Below, in pieces: positions 8,861 to 18,197 of a stretch of 32,000 bases of DNA. How positions within the stretch are numbered: position 1 is the first letter of the stretch; every line of letters starts with the position of its first letter. Origin of the DNA: Kineococcus radiotolerans SRS30216 = ATCC BAA-149 (GTDB lineage Bacteria; Actinomycetota; Actinomycetes; Actinomycetales; Kineococcaceae); NCBI RefSeq assembly GCF_000017305.1, contig NC_009664.2, positions 3,930,001 to 3,962,000 of the forward strand, written 5' to 3'. The position numbers were made by a program, and so were the translations under genes. The notes under the pieces were generated by a model. It did no database searches. It saw nothing but the letters and a program-made list of their open reading frames with translations, and was not told the DNA's origin.

Positions 8861-9792
8861 GCCCGGTCGCGGGACGGGCCCGGGACGCCCTGGTCACCAC
8901 GGCCTTCCGCCTGGGCTGGCGCCTGGCCCGCACCGTTCCCGAACCCCTCGCCGCGAGGCTGTGCGACCGGGTCGCCGACCGGGTCGTCGCCCACGGCGGG
9001 GAACGAGTGGAGCAGCTGCGCCGCAACCTGTCCCGCGCCCGGCCCGACGCCCTCCCCGCCGAGCTCGACACCCTCGTGCGCGACGGGTTCCGCAGCTACG
9101 CCCGCTACTGGTTCGACGCCTTCGCGCTGCCCGGCTGGAGCCGCGAGCGCATCGTCGGCACGGTCCGCGCGGAGGGCGAGGAGGAGCTGCGGGCGGCGCT
9201 GGCCACCGGTGGGGCCGTGGCCTTCGTCGGCCACCTCGGCAACTGGGACCACGCCGCGGCCTGGTCCGCCTTCGACCTGCACCCCGTCGTCACCGTCGCC
9301 GAGCGGCTGCGGCCGGAGGAGGTCTACCAGGAGTTCCTCGCCTTCCGCCGCAGCCTCGGGATGGAGGTCCTGCCGCTGGGGGACCCGGCCACCTTCCCCA
9401 CCCTGGTGCGCCGCCTGCGCGAGGGGGCCCTGGTGCCCCTGCTCGCCGACCGCGACCTCGCGAGCACCGGCGTCGAGGTCGACTTCCTCGGCGAACGCGT
9501 CCGGATGGCCCCCGGCCCCGCGGCGCTCGCCCTCCTCACCGGCGCCCCGCTGTTCCCCATGACCGTCCACCACGAGGTCGGCCCCCGCGGCCGGGTCCTG
9601 GTGGTCACCACCCACCCCCGGGTCCCCGTCCCCGAGCGGGAGGCCGGGGAGTCCGCGCGCGAGCACCGCCGGCGCGCCACCGCCGCCATGACCCAGGCCG
9701 GGGCCGACGCCCTCGCCGGTGCCGTGCGTGCCCACCCCGACGAGTGGCACGTCCTGCAGCCGCTGTTCCCGGCCGACCTCGGGCGGAGCTGA
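8857..9792 (+). CDS. patA: phosphatidylinositol mannoside acyltransferase (LpxL/HtrB-like, PatA-type)
   Basis: The GTG start overlaps the pgsA stop (GTGA). It has the HX4D acyltransferase motif GHLGNWD and lies between pgsA and pimA as in mycobacteria. Confidence 0.75.
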   Translation: MSPVAGRARDALVTTAFRLGWRLARTVPEPLAARLCDRVADRVVAHGGERVEQLRRNLSRARPDALPAELDTLVRDGFRSYARYWFDAFALPGWSRERIVGTVRAEGEEELRAALATGGAVAFVGHLGNWDHAAAWSAFDLHPVVTVAERLRPEEVYQEFLAFRRSLGMEVLPLGDPATFPTLVRRLREGALVPLLADRDLASTGVEVDFLGERVRMAPGPAALALLTGAPLFPMTVHHEVGPRGRVLVVTTHPRVPVPEREAGESAREHRRRATAAMTQAGADALAGAVRAHPDEWHVLQPLFPADLGRS

Positions 9793-9796
9793 GCCG

Positions 9797-10912
9797 GTGC
9801 GGATCGGCATCGTCTGCCCGTACTCCTTCGACGTCCCCGGCGGGGTGCAGTTCCACGTCCGCGACCTCGCCGAGCACCTCATCGGCCTCGGCCACCACGT
9901 GCGGGTCCTCGCCCCCGCCGACGACGAGTCCACCCTGCCGCCCTTCGCCGACCCCGGCGGCAACGTCGTCGCCGTCCCCTACAACGGCTCCGTCGCCCGG
10001 CTCTCCTTCGGCCCGGTGACCGCCGCACGGGTGCGCCGCTGGATCGCCGAGGGGGACTTCGACGTCCTGCACGTGCACGAGCCGCTCTCCCCGAGCACCT
10101 CGCTGCTGGCCCTGTGGGCGGGGTCCGGACCGCTGGTCGCCACGTTCCACACCGCCAACCTGCGCTCGCGGGCCATGCAGGCCGCCTTCCCGCTGCTGCG
10201 CCCGAGCCTGGAGAAGATCTCGGCCCGCATCGCCGTCAGCGAGGACGCCCGGCGCACCGTCGTCGAGCACGTCGGCGGCGACGCCGTCGTCATCCCCAAC
10301 GGCGTCTTCACCGCCGCCTTCGCCCGCGCGCCGCGCCGCCCGGAGTGGACCGGCACCGCCGAGCGCCCCGTCGTCGCCTTCGTGGGGCGCCTCGACGAAC
10401 CCCGCAAGGGGCTGCCGCTGCTGTGCCGGATCGTGCCGCTGGTGCGCGCCGCCGTCCCCGGCGCGCGGTTCCTCGTCGCCGGCCGCGGCGACGTCGAGGC
10501 CGCGCGGGCGCTGCTCGACGCCGGCGGGGACCGGGACGCGGTGGAGTTCCTCGGCGCCGTCGACGACCCGGCGAAGGAGTCGCTGCTGGCCAGCGCCGAC
10601 GTCTACCTGGCCCCGCACACCGGGGGGGAGAGCTTCGGCATCGTGCTCGTCGAGGCCATGGCCGCCGGGGTGCCCGTCGTCGCCGCCGACCTCGGCGCCT
10701 TCCGCCGGGTGCTCGGCGACGGGGAGTTCGGGCGGCTGTTCCCCGTCGGCGACGCGCGCGCGGCCGCCGACACCGTCCTCGACCTGCTCGCCCGCCCCGA
10801 CCGGGGCCGGGCCCTGGGGGCGGCCGGCCGGCGCGCGGCCGCCCGCTACGACTGGTCGGTCGTCGCCGCGCAGGTGCTCGCCGTGTACGAGACCGTGCGG
10901 GCCCGCGCGTGA
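9797..10912 (+). CDS. pimA: GDP-mannose-dependent phosphatidylinositol alpha-mannosyltransferase (GT4)
   Basis: N-terminus VRIGIVCPYSFDVPGGVQFHV. The C-terminal EX7E block is GGESFGIVLVEAMAAGVPVVAAD. It is syntenic with pgsA and patA. Confidence 0.85.
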   Translation: MRIGIVCPYSFDVPGGVQFHVRDLAEHLIGLGHHVRVLAPADDESTLPPFADPGGNVVAVPYNGSVARLSFGPVTAARVRRWIAEGDFDVLHVHEPLSPSTSLLALWAGSGPLVATFHTANLRSRAMQAAFPLLRPSLEKISARIAVSEDARRTVVEHVGGDAVVIPNGVFTAAFARAPRRPEWTGTAERPVVAFVGRLDEPRKGLPLLCRIVPLVRAAVPGARFLVAGRGDVEAARALLDAGGDRDAVEFLGAVDDPAKESLLASADVYLAPHTGGESFGIVLVEAMAAGVPVVAADLGAFRRVLGDGEFGRLFPVGDARAAADTVLDLLARPDRGRALGAAGRRAAARYDWSVVAAQVLAVYETVRARA

Positions 10913-11442
10913 GCCCCGTGGCGTGGGCCCTCGCCGGGCTGCTCGTGCTCTGCGCCCTGGCCTGGTACCTCTCGGCCACCGCCCAGCGCGTGGACCGCCT
11001 GCACCGGCGGGTCGAGACCAGCCGGGCCGCGCTGGACGCCGAGCTGACCCGGCGCGCCTCGGCCGCGCTGGAGTACGCCACCTCGGGCGAGCTGGACCCG
11101 GCCTCCGCGCTGGTCCTCGCCGACGCCGCCACCGCCAGCCTCGACGCACCCCGGACCCCCGCCGCGCTGCGCGACGCCAACGACGCCGACGACGCGCACC
11201 GCTGGCGGGTGGAGAGCGACCTGACCCGGGCGCTGGCCGCCGCGCTGCCCGAACGCGACGGGCCGGGGCTGGCGCGCGTCCTCGACGCCGCCCACCGGGT
11301 GGAGCTGGCCCGGCGCTTCCACAACGACGCCGTCGTGCAGACCCGGCGGCTGCGGGCCAAGCGGGTCGTGCGCTGGGGCCGGCTGGCCGGACGGGCCCGG
11401 GTGCCGGAAACGGCCGACTTCCTCGACGGGGCGGACTCGTAG
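10909..11442 (+). CDS. hypothetical membrane-anchored protein, distantly LemA-like helical protein
   Basis: The GTG start overlaps the pimA stop (GTGA). An N-terminal TM helix (AWALAGLLVLCALAWYL) is followed by a helical region ending ARRFHNDAVVQTRRLR, which is reminiscent of LemA. GC3 is high. Confidence 0.55.
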   Translation: MSPVAWALAGLLVLCALAWYLSATAQRVDRLHRRVETSRAALDAELTRRASAALEYATSGELDPASALVLADAATASLDAPRTPAALRDANDADDAHRWRVESDLTRALAAALPERDGPGLARVLDAAHRVELARRFHNDAVVQTRRLRAKRVVRWGRLAGRARVPETADFLDGADS

Positions 11443-11491
11443 GATGGGCCCCGCCTGAACTCCCCCTCGAACGAAGCACGAGGCCACGAAC

Positions 11492-12406
<915 letters not shown>

Positions 12407-12416
12407 GCCGCCCCGC

Positions 12417-12941
12417 GTGAGCCACGACCCCCTGGGTCCGGAGTGGGGGCACGGCCCCGACGGCCTCCGCACCCGCAGCGCGTCCCGCGTCGTCCTCCTC
12501 GACGACGCGGGACGCGTCCTGCTGCTGCGCGGGACCGACCCCGCCCGTCCCGGCACCGACTGGTGGTTCACCGTCGGCGGCGGCCGCGCCCGGGACGAGG
12601 ACGCCCGGGTGGCGGCGGTGCGCGAGCTGCGCGAGGAGACCGGCCTCGTGCTCGACCCCGCGCGGCTGCAGGGCCCGGTGTGGCGGCGCAGCGCGGAGTT
12701 CGACTTCCTCGGCGCCCGCTGCCGCCAGGAGGAGGACTTCTTCGTCCACCGCGTCGGGGCGGGGCTCGTCGTGGACGACAGCGGGTGGACCGAGCTGGAG
12801 CGCGCGTCGGTCTCGCAGTGGCGGTGGTGGGACCCGGCGGACCTGGCCGCGACGGGGGTGACCTTCTACCCCCCCGACCTGGTGGGCCTCCTCGCCCGGC
12901 TGCCGGTGGTCTGGTCCGGCGACCCCGTGACGATCGACTGA
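12417..12941 (+). CDS. NUDIX hydrolase
   Basis: The Nudix box [24 protein letters not shown] (GX5EX7REUXEEXGU) is present. Confidence 0.8.
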   Translation: MSHDPLGPEWGHGPDGLRTRSASRVVLLDDAGRVLLLRGTDPARPGTDWWFTVGGGRARDEDARVAAVRELREETGLVLDPARLQGPVWRRSAEFDFLGARCRQEEDFFVHRVGAGLVVDDSGWTELERASVSQWRWWDPADLAATGVTFYPPDLVGLLARLPVVWSGDPVTID

Positions 12942-12964
12942 GCGCGGCCCCCTACGCTTCCGCG

Positions 12965-13588
12965 GTGACCAGCCCCGCCCCCACGATCGGTGTCCTCGCC
13001 CTGCAGGGCGACGTCCGCGAGCACGTGGCGGCCCTGGAGGCCGGCGGGGCGCGCGCGGTCACCGTCCGCCGGGTCGCGGAGCTGCGCGGCGTCGACGGGC
13101 TCGTCCTGCCCGGCGGGGAGTCCACGACGATCGACCGGCTGCTGCGGGTCTTCGAGCTGCGCGAGGTCCTGCGCGAGCGCATCGCGGAGGGGCTGCCCGT
13201 CTACGGCTCCTGCGCCGGCATGATCCTGCTGGCCGACCGGGTCCTGGACGGGGCGCCGGACCAGCAGACCCTGGGCGGTCTGGACGTCACCGTGCGCCGC
13301 AACGCCTTCGGGCGCCAGGTCGACTCCTGGGAGGAGGACCTCCCGCTGCCGGAGATCACCCGGGGCGGGCCGCCGGTGGAGGGGATCTTCATCCGGGCGC
13401 CGTGGGTCGAGGAGGCCGGGGAGGAGGTCCGGGTGCTCGCCCGACTGGGCTCCGGGCCCGCCGCGGGTAGGATCGTCGCCGTGCGACAGGGCGATCTGCT
13501 GGCCACGTCCTTCCACCCGGAGATCACCGGGGACGACCGGGTGCACCGCTACTTCGTGGACGTGGTCCGCGAGCGCGTTGCGGGTTGA
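12965..13588 (+). CDS. pdxT: pyridoxal 5'-phosphate synthase, glutaminase subunit
   Basis: GTG start at 12965. Motifs are [21 protein letters not shown], the catalytic GSCAGMILL, and SFHPE near the C-terminus. Confidence 0.9.
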   Translation: MTSPAPTIGVLALQGDVREHVAALEAGGARAVTVRRVAELRGVDGLVLPGGESTTIDRLLRVFELREVLRERIAEGLPVYGSCAGMILLADRVLDGAPDQQTLGGLDVTVRRNAFGRQVDSWEEDLPLPEITRGGPPVEGIFIRAPWVEEAGEEVRVLARLGSGPAAGRIVAVRQGDLLATSFHPEITGDDRVHRYFVDVVRERVAG

Positions 13589-13642
13589 GCTGTCGCCCAC
13601 AGAGGTTATTCGCAGAGCAGAGCAACGGCGGAGGGAACCAGG

Positions 13643-14404
13643 ATGTCCGGCCACTCCAAGTGGGCGACGACCAAGCACAAGAAGGCCGTCGTCGACGCCA
13701 AGCGGGCCAAGAGCTTCGCCCGGCTCATCAAGAACATCGAGGTCGCGGCCCGCACGGGCGGCGGTGACGTCTCGGGCAACCCGACGCTCTTCGACGCCAT
13801 CCAGAAGGCGAAGAAGACCTCGGTCCCCGCCGACAACATCGACCGCGCCGTCAAGCGCGGCTCCGGTGCCGAGGCCGGCGGCGCGGACTGGCAGACGATC
13901 ATGTACGAGGGCTACGGCCCGAACGGCGTGGCGCTGCTGGTGGAGTGCCTCACCGACAACAAGAACCGCGCGGCCATGGAGGTCCGCACGGCGATGACCC
14001 GCAACGGCGGCTCCCTCGCCGACCCGGGGTCGGTGGCCTACATGTTCAGCCGCAAGGGCGTCGTCGTCATCGGCAAGGAGGGGACCGACCTCACCGAGGA
14101 CGACGTCCTCGGGGCGGTGCTCGACGCCGGGGCCGAGGAGGTCAGCGACCAGGGCGACACCTTCGAGGTCATCAGCGAGGCCACCGACCTGGCGGCCGTG
14201 CGCGACGCGCTGAAGGCCGCGGGCATCGAGTACGACTCCGCCGAGGCCAGCTTCGTGCCCAGCGTCGAGGTCCCGCTCGACGCCGAGGGGGCCACGAAGG
14301 TCTTCCGGCTCATCGACGCCCTCGACGACTGCGACGACGTCCAGAACGTCTTCGCCAACTACGACGTGTCCGACGACGTCATGGCGGCCCTCGAGGACGC
14401 CTGA
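13643..14404 (+). CDS. yebC: YebC/PmpR family DNA-binding transcriptional regulator
   Basis: It has the canonical N-terminus [15 protein letters not shown] and the [22 protein letters not shown] block. SD ggaggg lies upstream. Confidence 0.9.
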   Translation: MSGHSKWATTKHKKAVVDAKRAKSFARLIKNIEVAARTGGGDVSGNPTLFDAIQKAKKTSVPADNIDRAVKRGSGAEAGGADWQTIMYEGYGPNGVALLVECLTDNKNRAAMEVRTAMTRNGGSLADPGSVAYMFSRKGVVVIGKEGTDLTEDDVLGAVLDAGAEEVSDQGDTFEVISEATDLAAVRDALKAAGIEYDSAEASFVPSVEVPLDAEGATKVFRLIDALDDCDDVQNVFANYDVSDDVMAALEDA

Positions 14405-14460
14405 CCCCCCTCCGGCCCGCGCTCCACGGCCCCGCGACCGCCACGTGCGATCGTGGGGCC

Positions 14461-15090
14461 GTGCGCGTGCTGGCGGTGGACCCCGGGCTGACCCGGTGCG
14501 GGATCGGGGTGATCGACTCCGTGCGCGTCGGCCGCCGGGCCGAGCTGGTGGCCGTCGGGGTGGTGCGCACCCCGGCGACCGATCCCGTCGAGGCCCGCCT
14601 GCTGGCCATCAGCGAGGGGCTGGAGGAGTGGCTGGACGCCCACCGCCCCGACGTGGTCGCCGTCGAGCGGGTCTTCGCCCAGTCCAACGTGCGCTCGGTG
14701 ATGGGCACCGCCCAGGCCGCGGGGCTGGTCCTGGTGGCCGCCGCCCGGCGCGGGCTGCCGGTGGCGATGCACACCCCCAGCGAGGTGAAGGCCGCGGTGA
14801 CCGGGTCGGGGCGGGCCGAGAAGGAGCAGGTGACGGTCATGGTTACCCGCATCCTCGGTCTCGACGCCCCGCCCCGTCCCGCCGACGCCGCCGACGCCCT
14901 CGCGCTGGCCCTGTGCCACCTCTGGCGCGGGGGCGGGACCTCCCGCCTGGAGGCCGCCGCCCACACCGCGCTGGTGACCGGGCGGCGCAACGCCTACGCG
15001 GAGGCCGAGGCTCAGGCCCGGGGGGCCAAGCGCCCGCGCAGGAAGGCCGTCGTGCGGCCCCAGGCCAGCTCGGCGGACTCCGCCCGGTAG
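14461..15090 (+). CDS. ruvC: crossover junction endodeoxyribonuclease RuvC
   Basis: [17 protein letters not shown] carries the catalytic Asp. [17 protein letters not shown] and [14 protein letters not shown] are also present. A basic C-terminal tail runs to TAG at 15088-15090. Confidence 0.9.
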   Translation: MRVLAVDPGLTRCGIGVIDSVRVGRRAELVAVGVVRTPATDPVEARLLAISEGLEEWLDAHRPDVVAVERVFAQSNVRSVMGTAQAAGLVLVAAARRGLPVAMHTPSEVKAAVTGSGRAEKEQVTVMVTRILGLDAPPRPADAADALALALCHLWRGGGTSRLEAAAHTALVTGRRNAYAEAEAQARGAKRPRRKAVVRPQASSADSAR

Positions 15091-15728
15091 TTGGGCCGCT
15101 CGTCGTTGTAGAAGGCGTGCGGGGCCGGGTAGACCTCCATCGTCACCTCGACGCCGGCCTGCTCCCGGATCCGCGCCTCGGTGGCCTGCACGCCCTCCAG
15201 CGGCACCGAGGTGTCCTCCTCGCCGTAGTGGCCCAGGACCGCCGCCCGCAGCCCCGAGTAGTCGGTGTCCGCGCCCGGGATCCCGTACCAGGGCACGGCC
15301 GCGGCGATCCGCTCGCCCTGCTGGGCGGCCAGGGCCAGGACGAACGCGCCGCCCATGCAGAAGCCGACGGCCCCGACCGCGGCCGAGGTGGTCTCCGGGC
15401 GCTCCAGCAGGTACGTCACGGCGCCGGCGAGGTCGCGGGCGGCGCGCTCGGGCGGCAGCTCCTGCATGAACCGGAACGCCTCCTCGGAGTCGTGGGTGGT
15501 GCGCCCGCCGTAGAGGTCGGGGGCCAGGGCGACGAAGCCCTCGGCGGCCAGGCGGTCCACGACACCGGCGACCTGGTCGGTCAGGCCCCACCACTCCTGC
15601 ACGACGACGACGCCGGGCCCGGTGCCGGAGCCGGGGACGCGCAGGTAGCCGTGGGCGTGGCCGGTCTCGGTGCCGGGGGCGTCGAAGGTGACGTTCTGGA
15701 GGGGGTTCTCGTGCTGTTCGTGGGTCAC
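15012..15728 (-). CDS. dienelactone hydrolase family protein
   Basis: An alpha/beta hydrolase with [20 protein letters not shown], the nucleophile elbow GFCMGG and C-terminal PHAFYN. Start is GTG 15728 or GTG 15743. The 3' end overlaps the ruvC 3' end. Confidence 0.8.
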   Translation of the reverse strand: MTHEQHENPLQNVTFDAPGTETGHAHGYLRVPGSGTGPGVVVVQEWWGLTDQVAGVVDRLAAEGFVALAPDLYGGRTTHDSEEAFRFMQELPPERAARDLAGAVTYLLERPETTSAAVGAVGFCMGGAFVLALAAQQGERIAAAVPWYGIPGADTDYSGLRAAVLGHYGEEDTSVPLEGVQATEARIREQAGVEVTMEVYPAPHAFYNDERPNYRAESAELAWGRTTAFLRGRLAPRA

Positions 15729-15791
15729 GTCCGCACTCTGCACCCGCAGCCCGTGCGGCGCGCCTGCGGGGGTCGTGTCCGGGGTGCCGTC

Positions 15792-15797
15792 TAGCCT
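15792..15797 (+). promoter_or_regulatory. putative -10 hexamer TAGCCT for ruvAB
   Basis: A TANNNT hexamer lies directly 5' of the SOS box, 38 nt upstream of the ruvA GTG. Confidence 0.3.
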
Positions 15798-15798
15798 C

Positions 15799-15814
15799 TC
15801 GAACGAGTGTTCGT
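15799..15814. promoter_or_regulatory. LexA SOS box (Cheo/actinobacterial type TCGAAC-N4-GTTCGA)
   Basis: TCGAACgagtGTTCGT has 1 mismatch to the palindromic consensus. It lies 22 nt upstream of the ruvA start. It was the only CGAAC-N4-GTTCG-type site I found in the window. Confidence 0.6.
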
Positions 15815-15835
15815 CGTGCGTGGGTGGAGGGTCGT

Positions 15836-16453
15836 GTGATCGCGTCGGTGCGCGGGCAGGTGCTCGCGGTGCGGCTGGACTCGGCGGTCGTGGAGGTCGG
15901 CGGCGTCGGGATGCTCGTCCTGGCCGCCCCGGCGACGCTGGCCGGGCTGCGGGTCGGGCAGGAGGCGCTGCTGCACACCACCCTCGTGGTGCGCGAGGAC
16001 TCGCTGACGCTGTTCGGCTTCGCCGACGCGGACGAGAAGGAGGTCTTCGAGATCGTCCAGACCGCTTCGGGGGTGGGCCCGAGGATGGCGCTGGCCATGC
16101 TCGCCGTGCACCGCCCCGACGGCATCCGCGCCGCAGTGGCCGCCGAGGACCACGCCGCGCTGGTGCGGGTGCCCGGCATCGGCAAGAAGACCGCCCAGCG
16201 CATCTGCCTGGAGCTGGGGGACCGGCTCGGTCCGCCGTCGGGGACGGCCGCACCGGTGGCGGCCCCGCTCAGCGCCGGCGACGCCCGCCGCGAGCAGGTC
16301 GTCGAGGCCCTCGTCGGGCTCGGGTACCCCCTCAAGCACGCCGGGGACGTCGTGGACGTCGTCGTCGGAGCCACCCCGGACGCGGGCGCCGCCGACGACC
16401 TCGACGTCGCGGCGACCCTGCGGGCCGCGCTGCGCCACCTGTCGGGTCGCTGA
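15836..16453 (+). CDS. ruvA: Holliday junction branch migration complex subunit RuvA
   Basis: GTG at 15836 is preceded by ggtggaggg, giving the canonical [10 protein letters not shown]-terminus. The HhH motif [12 protein letters not shown] is present. Confidence 0.9.
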   Translation: MIASVRGQVLAVRLDSAVVEVGGVGMLVLAAPATLAGLRVGQEALLHTTLVVREDSLTLFGFADADEKEVFEIVQTASGVGPRMALAMLAVHRPDGIRAAVAAEDHAALVRVPGIGKKTAQRICLELGDRLGPPSGTAAPVAAPLSAGDARREQVVEALVGLGYPLKHAGDVVDVVVGATPDAGAADDLDVAATLRAALRHLSGR

Positions 16454-17520
16454 TGGAGGACCGGCTGGTGACCACCGGCGCCGACGAGCGCGAACGCGCG
16501 GCCGAGTCGGCGCTGCGTCCGCACGGCCTCGACGAGTTCGTCGGGCAGAAGGTCGTGCGCGAGCAGCTCGCCCTGGTCCTCGACGCCGCCAAGGCGCGGG
16601 GGATGCCCAGCGACCACGTCCTGTTCTCCGGTCCGCCCGGGCTGGGCAAGACGACGCTGGCGATGATCGTCGCCTCCGAGATGGGGGCGCCGCTGCGCCA
16701 GTCCAGCGGCCCGGCGATCCAGCACGCGGGCGACCTCGCGGCCGTGCTCAGCTCCCTCGACGAGGGGGAGGTCCTCTTCCTCGACGAGATCCACCGCATG
16801 GCGCGCCCTGCGGAGGAGATGCTCTACATCGCGATGGAGGACTACCGCGTCGACGTCGTCGTGGGCAAGGGCCCCGGCGCGACGGCGATCCCGCTGGAGC
16901 TGCCGAAGTTCACCCTCGTCGGGGCCACCACGCGCGCCGGGCTGCTGCCCGCCCCGCTGCGCGACCGCTTCGGCTTCACCGGCTACCTCGACTTCTACAC
17001 CCCCGAGGAGCTGGTGAAGGTGCTGCGGCGCAGCGCCTCGCTGCTCGGGGTGCAGCTGACGGCCGAGGGCGCGGCGGAGATCGGCGGGCGTTCGCGGGGG
17101 ACCCCGCGCATCGCCAACCGGCTGCTGCGCCGGGTCCGGGACTGGGCGCAGGTCCGCGGGTCGGGGATCGTCGACCGCCACGCCGCCCGCGCCGCGCTGG
17201 AGGTGTACGAGGTCGACGAGCGCGGCCTGGACCGCCTCGACCGGGCCGTGCTGGACGCGTTGTGCCGCCGCTTCGGCGGCGGTCCGGTGGGGTTGTCGAC
17301 GCTGGCGGTCGTCGTGGGGGAGGAGGCCGAGACGGTCGAGACCGTCGCCGAGCCCTTCCTGGTCCGCGAGGGGCTGCTGGGACGCACCCCGCGCGGGCGC
17401 ATCGCGCTGCCGGACACCTGGGCGCACCTCGGGCTCACCCCGCCGCGCGACGCCCCGGTGGGGGCGGCGTGGCAGCTGCCCCTCGACGCCGAGGACGCGC
17501 CGGGCGCGGAGGACTCCTGA
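16453..17520 (+). CDS. ruvB: Holliday junction DNA helicase RuvB
   Basis: The ATG overlaps the ruvA stop (TGATG). It has Walker [12 protein letters not shown], Walker B LFLDEIH, and the sensor and winged-helix blocks [16 protein letters not shown]. Confidence 0.95.
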   Translation: MEDRLVTTGADERERAAESALRPHGLDEFVGQKVVREQLALVLDAAKARGMPSDHVLFSGPPGLGKTTLAMIVASEMGAPLRQSSGPAIQHAGDLAAVLSSLDEGEVLFLDEIHRMARPAEEMLYIAMEDYRVDVVVGKGPGATAIPLELPKFTLVGATTRAGLLPAPLRDRFGFTGYLDFYTPEELVKVLRRSASLLGVQLTAEGAAEIGGRSRGTPRIANRLLRRVRDWAQVRGSGIVDRHAARAALEVYEVDERGLDRLDRAVLDALCRRFGGGPVGLSTLAVVVGEEAETVETVAEPFLVREGLLGRTPRGRIALPDTWAHLGLTPPRDAPVGAAWQLPLDAEDAPGAEDS

Positions 17521-17704
17521 GCACCGACGGCCCGGCGGGGGCGAGGGCCGGACGGGTGAACCCCTAGACTTCCCCGGCGAGTCGGTCCCGGGCGGGTCCC
17601 TGCGGAACCTGGCAGGACGTCCCCGCGTTGGCCCGGCCGTGCCGGCACCGGTCGGCGCAGGCACCGGTGAGTCGTCGATCCCGCCGGTGCGGAGAGGGAT
17701 TGTC

Positions 17705-18103
17705 GTGGGTGGTGGCAACAGCCAGCTGATCTTCCTGCTGATCATGGTCGCCCTGCTGGTGTTCATGTTCAGCCGGACGCGCAAGCAGCAGAAGGCGCAG
17801 CAGCAGATGCAGAACAGCGTCGCCCCGGGCGCGGAGGTCATGACGACCTCCGGCATGTTCGGGACGGTCGTGTCGATCGACGGGGACGTGGTGGTCCTCG
17901 AGATCGCCCCGGGTCTGCGGACCCGCTGGACCCGGCGGGCCGTGGCCCGCGTGGTGACGGCCTCCGGGCCGACGGTGGAGCCGGCCGGGGCGGGCGGGGA
18001 CGCCCTGAGCTTCGAGAAGACCGCGGAGGACGTCCCGGGTCCCGCGGCGAGCCCGGTGCAGCGCGGTGACGACGGCACGGGCGGTGCCACCCGTTCACAG
18101 TGA
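17705..18103 (+). CDS. yajC: preprotein translocase subunit YajC
   Basis: GTG at 17705 follows ggagaggga. A single TM helix (LIFLLIMVALLVFMF) is followed by the YajC core GAEVMTTSGMFGTVVSIDGDVVVLEIAPG. It has an extended C-terminal tail. Confidence 0.85.
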   Translation: MGGGNSQLIFLLIMVALLVFMFSRTRKQQKAQQQMQNSVAPGAEVMTTSGMFGTVVSIDGDVVVLEIAPGLRTRWTRRAVARVVTASGPTVEPAGAGGDALSFEKTAEDVPGPAASPVQRGDDGTGGATRSQ

Positions 18104-18197
18104 TTACTGGTAAGACAGCAGTCGTCCACGAGCAGTGACAAGCTTGCGCTGACCGGGTGGCATCCGCCACTCGGTGAGCGCCGTCCCGAGGTATTGA

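Noticed and set aside
18104-18197. Lower-GC 94-nt yajC-secD spacer as a small RNA
   Set aside because: Only a weak 5-bp hairpin (gtggc atcc gccac) is present, with no promoter or terminator pair. It is more simply an intercistronic spacer carrying the secD ribosome-binding site.
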